A DNA stretch of 36,364 nt from Chiloscyllium plagiosum (lineage: Eukaryota): positions 6,913,835-6,950,198 of the forward strand of contig NC_057754.1 of the NCBI RefSeq assembly GCF_004010195.1, in the 5' to 3' direction. Under the pieces are notes generated by a model. It was not told the DNA's origin. It saw only the letters and a program-made list of their open reading frames with translations, and did not search any database. A program made the translations under genes and the position numbers. Position 1 is the stretch's first letter; every line of letters starts with the position of its first letter. Positions 34,301-36,364 of the stretch are shown here, in pieces.

Positions 34301-35059
34301 GGCAAAAGTGAGGACTGCAGATGCTGGGGATCAGAGTCTAGATCAGAGTGGTGCTGGAACAGCAGGTCAGGCAGCATCCGAGGGGCAGGAAAATCAACGT
34401 TTCGGACAAAAAGCCCTTCATCAGGAATGAGGCAGGGAGCCTCGGTGGGAAGGGGGGGGGGGGAAGAGATAAATGGGAAGGGGGTAGGGTTGGGGGAAAG
34501 GTAGCCAAGAGTACAATGGATGGATGGGGGTGGAGATAAAGGTGATAGGTAAGAGACCTGTCCCATCTATCCACTCCACCCTCCTCTCCGAGCTATCACC
34601 TTCATCCCCACCTCCATCCACCTATTGTACGCTTGGTTACCTTGGGTGGCATGGTGGCTCAGTGGGTTAGCACTGCTGCCTCACAGCACCAGGGACCCAG
34701 GTTCCACCCTTGGGCAACTGTCTGTGTGGAGTTTGTACATTCTCTCTGTGTGGGGTCTCCTCCAGGTGCCCTGCTTTCCTCCCACAGTCCAAAGATGTGC
34801 AGGTCATGGTGAATTGGCCGTGCTAAATTGCCCACAGTGTTAGGTGCATTAGTCAGGGGTAAATGTGGGTTTGGAGTGGCGGTATGGGCTGAAGGGCCTG
34901 TTTCCACACTGTAGAGAATCTAATCTATTGTACTCTTGGCTACCTTCCAGCTCCACCCCCTCCCATTTATCTCTCCACCCCTGAGGATCCTGGCCTCATG
35001 CCTGATAAAGGGCTTTTTGCGCAAAACATTGATTTTTCTGCTTCCTGGATGCTGCCTGT
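34301..35059. mobile_element. Penelope-like insertion with inverted arms, each carrying a hammerhead motif
   Basis: The left arm (~34368-34550) is mirrored by 34595-34643 plus 34925-35058. Hammerhead motif at 34394-34426 (-) and a mutated twin at 35001-35033 (+). Confidence 0.7.
34644..34924 (+). mobile_element. HE1-type SINE with a 22-bp TSD
   Basis: GGGTGGCATGGTGGCTCAGTGG...GGCCTGTTTCCACACTGTAGAGAATCTAAT, flanked by 34622-34643 and 34925-34946. Confidence 0.87.
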
Positions 35060-36019
35060 CCTCCACCACTTCCTCTGGCAGCTCATTCCATACACGCACC
35101 ACCCGCTGTGTGAAAAAGTTGCCCCTTAAGTCACTTTTAAATCTTTCCCCTCTCACCTTAAACCTCTAGTTTTGGACCCCCCTGACCCTGGGGAAATGAC
35201 GGTGACTATTTATCCTATCCATGCCCCTTATGATTTTACAAACCTCTATAAGGTCACCCCTCAGCCTCCGTGTAGCTCAAACCCTCCAACCCTGGCAATA
35301 CCCTTGTAAATCTTTCCTGAACCCTTTCAAGTTTCACAACATCTTTCCGATAGGAAGGAGACCAGAATTGCACGCAATATTCCAAAAGTGGCCTAACCAA
35401 TGTCCTGTACAGCCGTAACATGACCTCCCAACTCCTGTACGCAATACTCTGACCAATAAAGGAAAGCATACCAAACACCTTCTTCACTATCCTATCTACC
35501 TGCGACTCCACTTTCAAGGAGCTATGAACCTGCACTCCAATGTCTCTATGTTCAGCAACACTCCCTGGGACCTTACCATTAAGTGTAGAAGTCCTGCCCT
35601 GATTTGTCCTGCCAAAATGAAACTGCTCCTGAATTGGAGGGAGGTGTTTGGAGGGAAGACAGAGAGGGACTCAAAACATTCAGCAGTCAATTGATCTTGA
35701 CATTCGGGGCAGCAGAGAGGCACTCCCTCAGGACTGTTGCGAAAGAACTTGCTCAGGATGGTCAACCGATCTTGACCATAAAATCCACCTCCAACTACGA
35801 TCAGCTCAACTGCCCTCCAGTACCAACCATCCCACATCCCCCGCTGCTGCCCAGCCTGGGTTCATATCAGCCTCCCTGCATCAAATGCCATCATTAACCT
35901 GCCCTAGCCTTTACTATCACCCTATCTCCAGCTTCCTGCACGTCCCCGACACTACATTCCCTCGAATTCCTTCCCTGTGAGCATTGACCTCTGAGGATCA
36001 ATGCTGGACAGACTCTCCT

Positions 36020-36198
36020 CTCAGTGCCAGGGACCCAGGTTCGATCCCACCCTCAGGCGACTGTCTGTGTGGAGTTTACACGTTCTCCCCACTGTGTCTG
36101 CGTAGCTTTCCACCGGGTGTTCTAGATTCCTCCCACAATCCAAAGATGTGCAGATTAGGGTGGATTGGCCATGTTAAATTGTCCCATAGTGCCCAGGG
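36020..36198 (+). mobile_element. HE1-type SINE, 5' and 3' truncated
   Basis: CAGTGCCAGGGACCCAGGTTCGATCCC...GTGTGGAGTTTACACGTTCTCCCC. Confidence 0.8.
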
Positions 36199-36364
36199 AT
36201 TAGATTAGATTACATTACATTACAGTGTGGGAACAGGCCCTTCGGCCCAACAAGTCCACACCGCCCCGCCGAAGCACAACCCACCCATACCCCTACATTT
36301 ACCCCTTACCTAACACTACGGGCAATTTAGCATGGCCAATTCACCTGACCTGCACATCTTTGGA
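36199..36364 (-). mobile_element. HE1-type SINE 3' half (runs off the window end)
   Basis: (ATTAG)/(ATTAC) tail repeats followed by the reverse complement of the SINE 3' region seen at ~9415-9560. Confidence 0.85.

Larger units (their letters stand above)
34120..35630 (-). mobile_element. CR1 LINE 3' fragment split by nested insertions (CR1 parts ~34120-34299 and 35060-35630)
   Basis: Peptides LYRTLVRPLLEYCVQFWSPSYRKD and RGERFKSDLRGNFFTQRVVRVWNELPEEVVE. The sequence resumes across a 17-bp duplication. Confidence 0.88.

Overview
Repeat-rich vertebrate genomic DNA with three N-gaps. The SINE/LINE content (HE1-type SINEs, CR1 LINEs, 33- and 44-bp minisatellites) points to a shark, which is an inference. 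The only recognisable gene is the 5' part of a glycogen phosphorylase on the minus strand: coding exon 1 at 29858-29616 (243 nt) and exon 2 at 9751-9650 (102 nt), separated by a ~19.9 kb intron. Exon 1 is closest to PYGM, while exon 2 reads like PYGB. Exon 3 was not seen. Almost every other ORF in the track is a by-product of repeats. Most notable observations: (1) several Penelope-type insertions carrying minimal hammerhead ribozyme motifs, one nearly intact and sense-oriented in intron 1; (2) a degenerate copy of the 3' end of exon 1 about 1.2 kb into intron 1 that keeps a strong splice donor; (3) a proximal promoter built from a tandem array of GC-box/AT-rich units; (4) an orphan CpG-rich element with four ACTACA-type ZNF143/THAP11 motifs; (5) a 27-bp-stem hairpin; (6) nested insertions with readable target-site duplications; (7) minisatellites that appear to derive from SINE segments. 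Repeat family names come from recalled consensus features, not from a search, and repeat boundaries are approximate.
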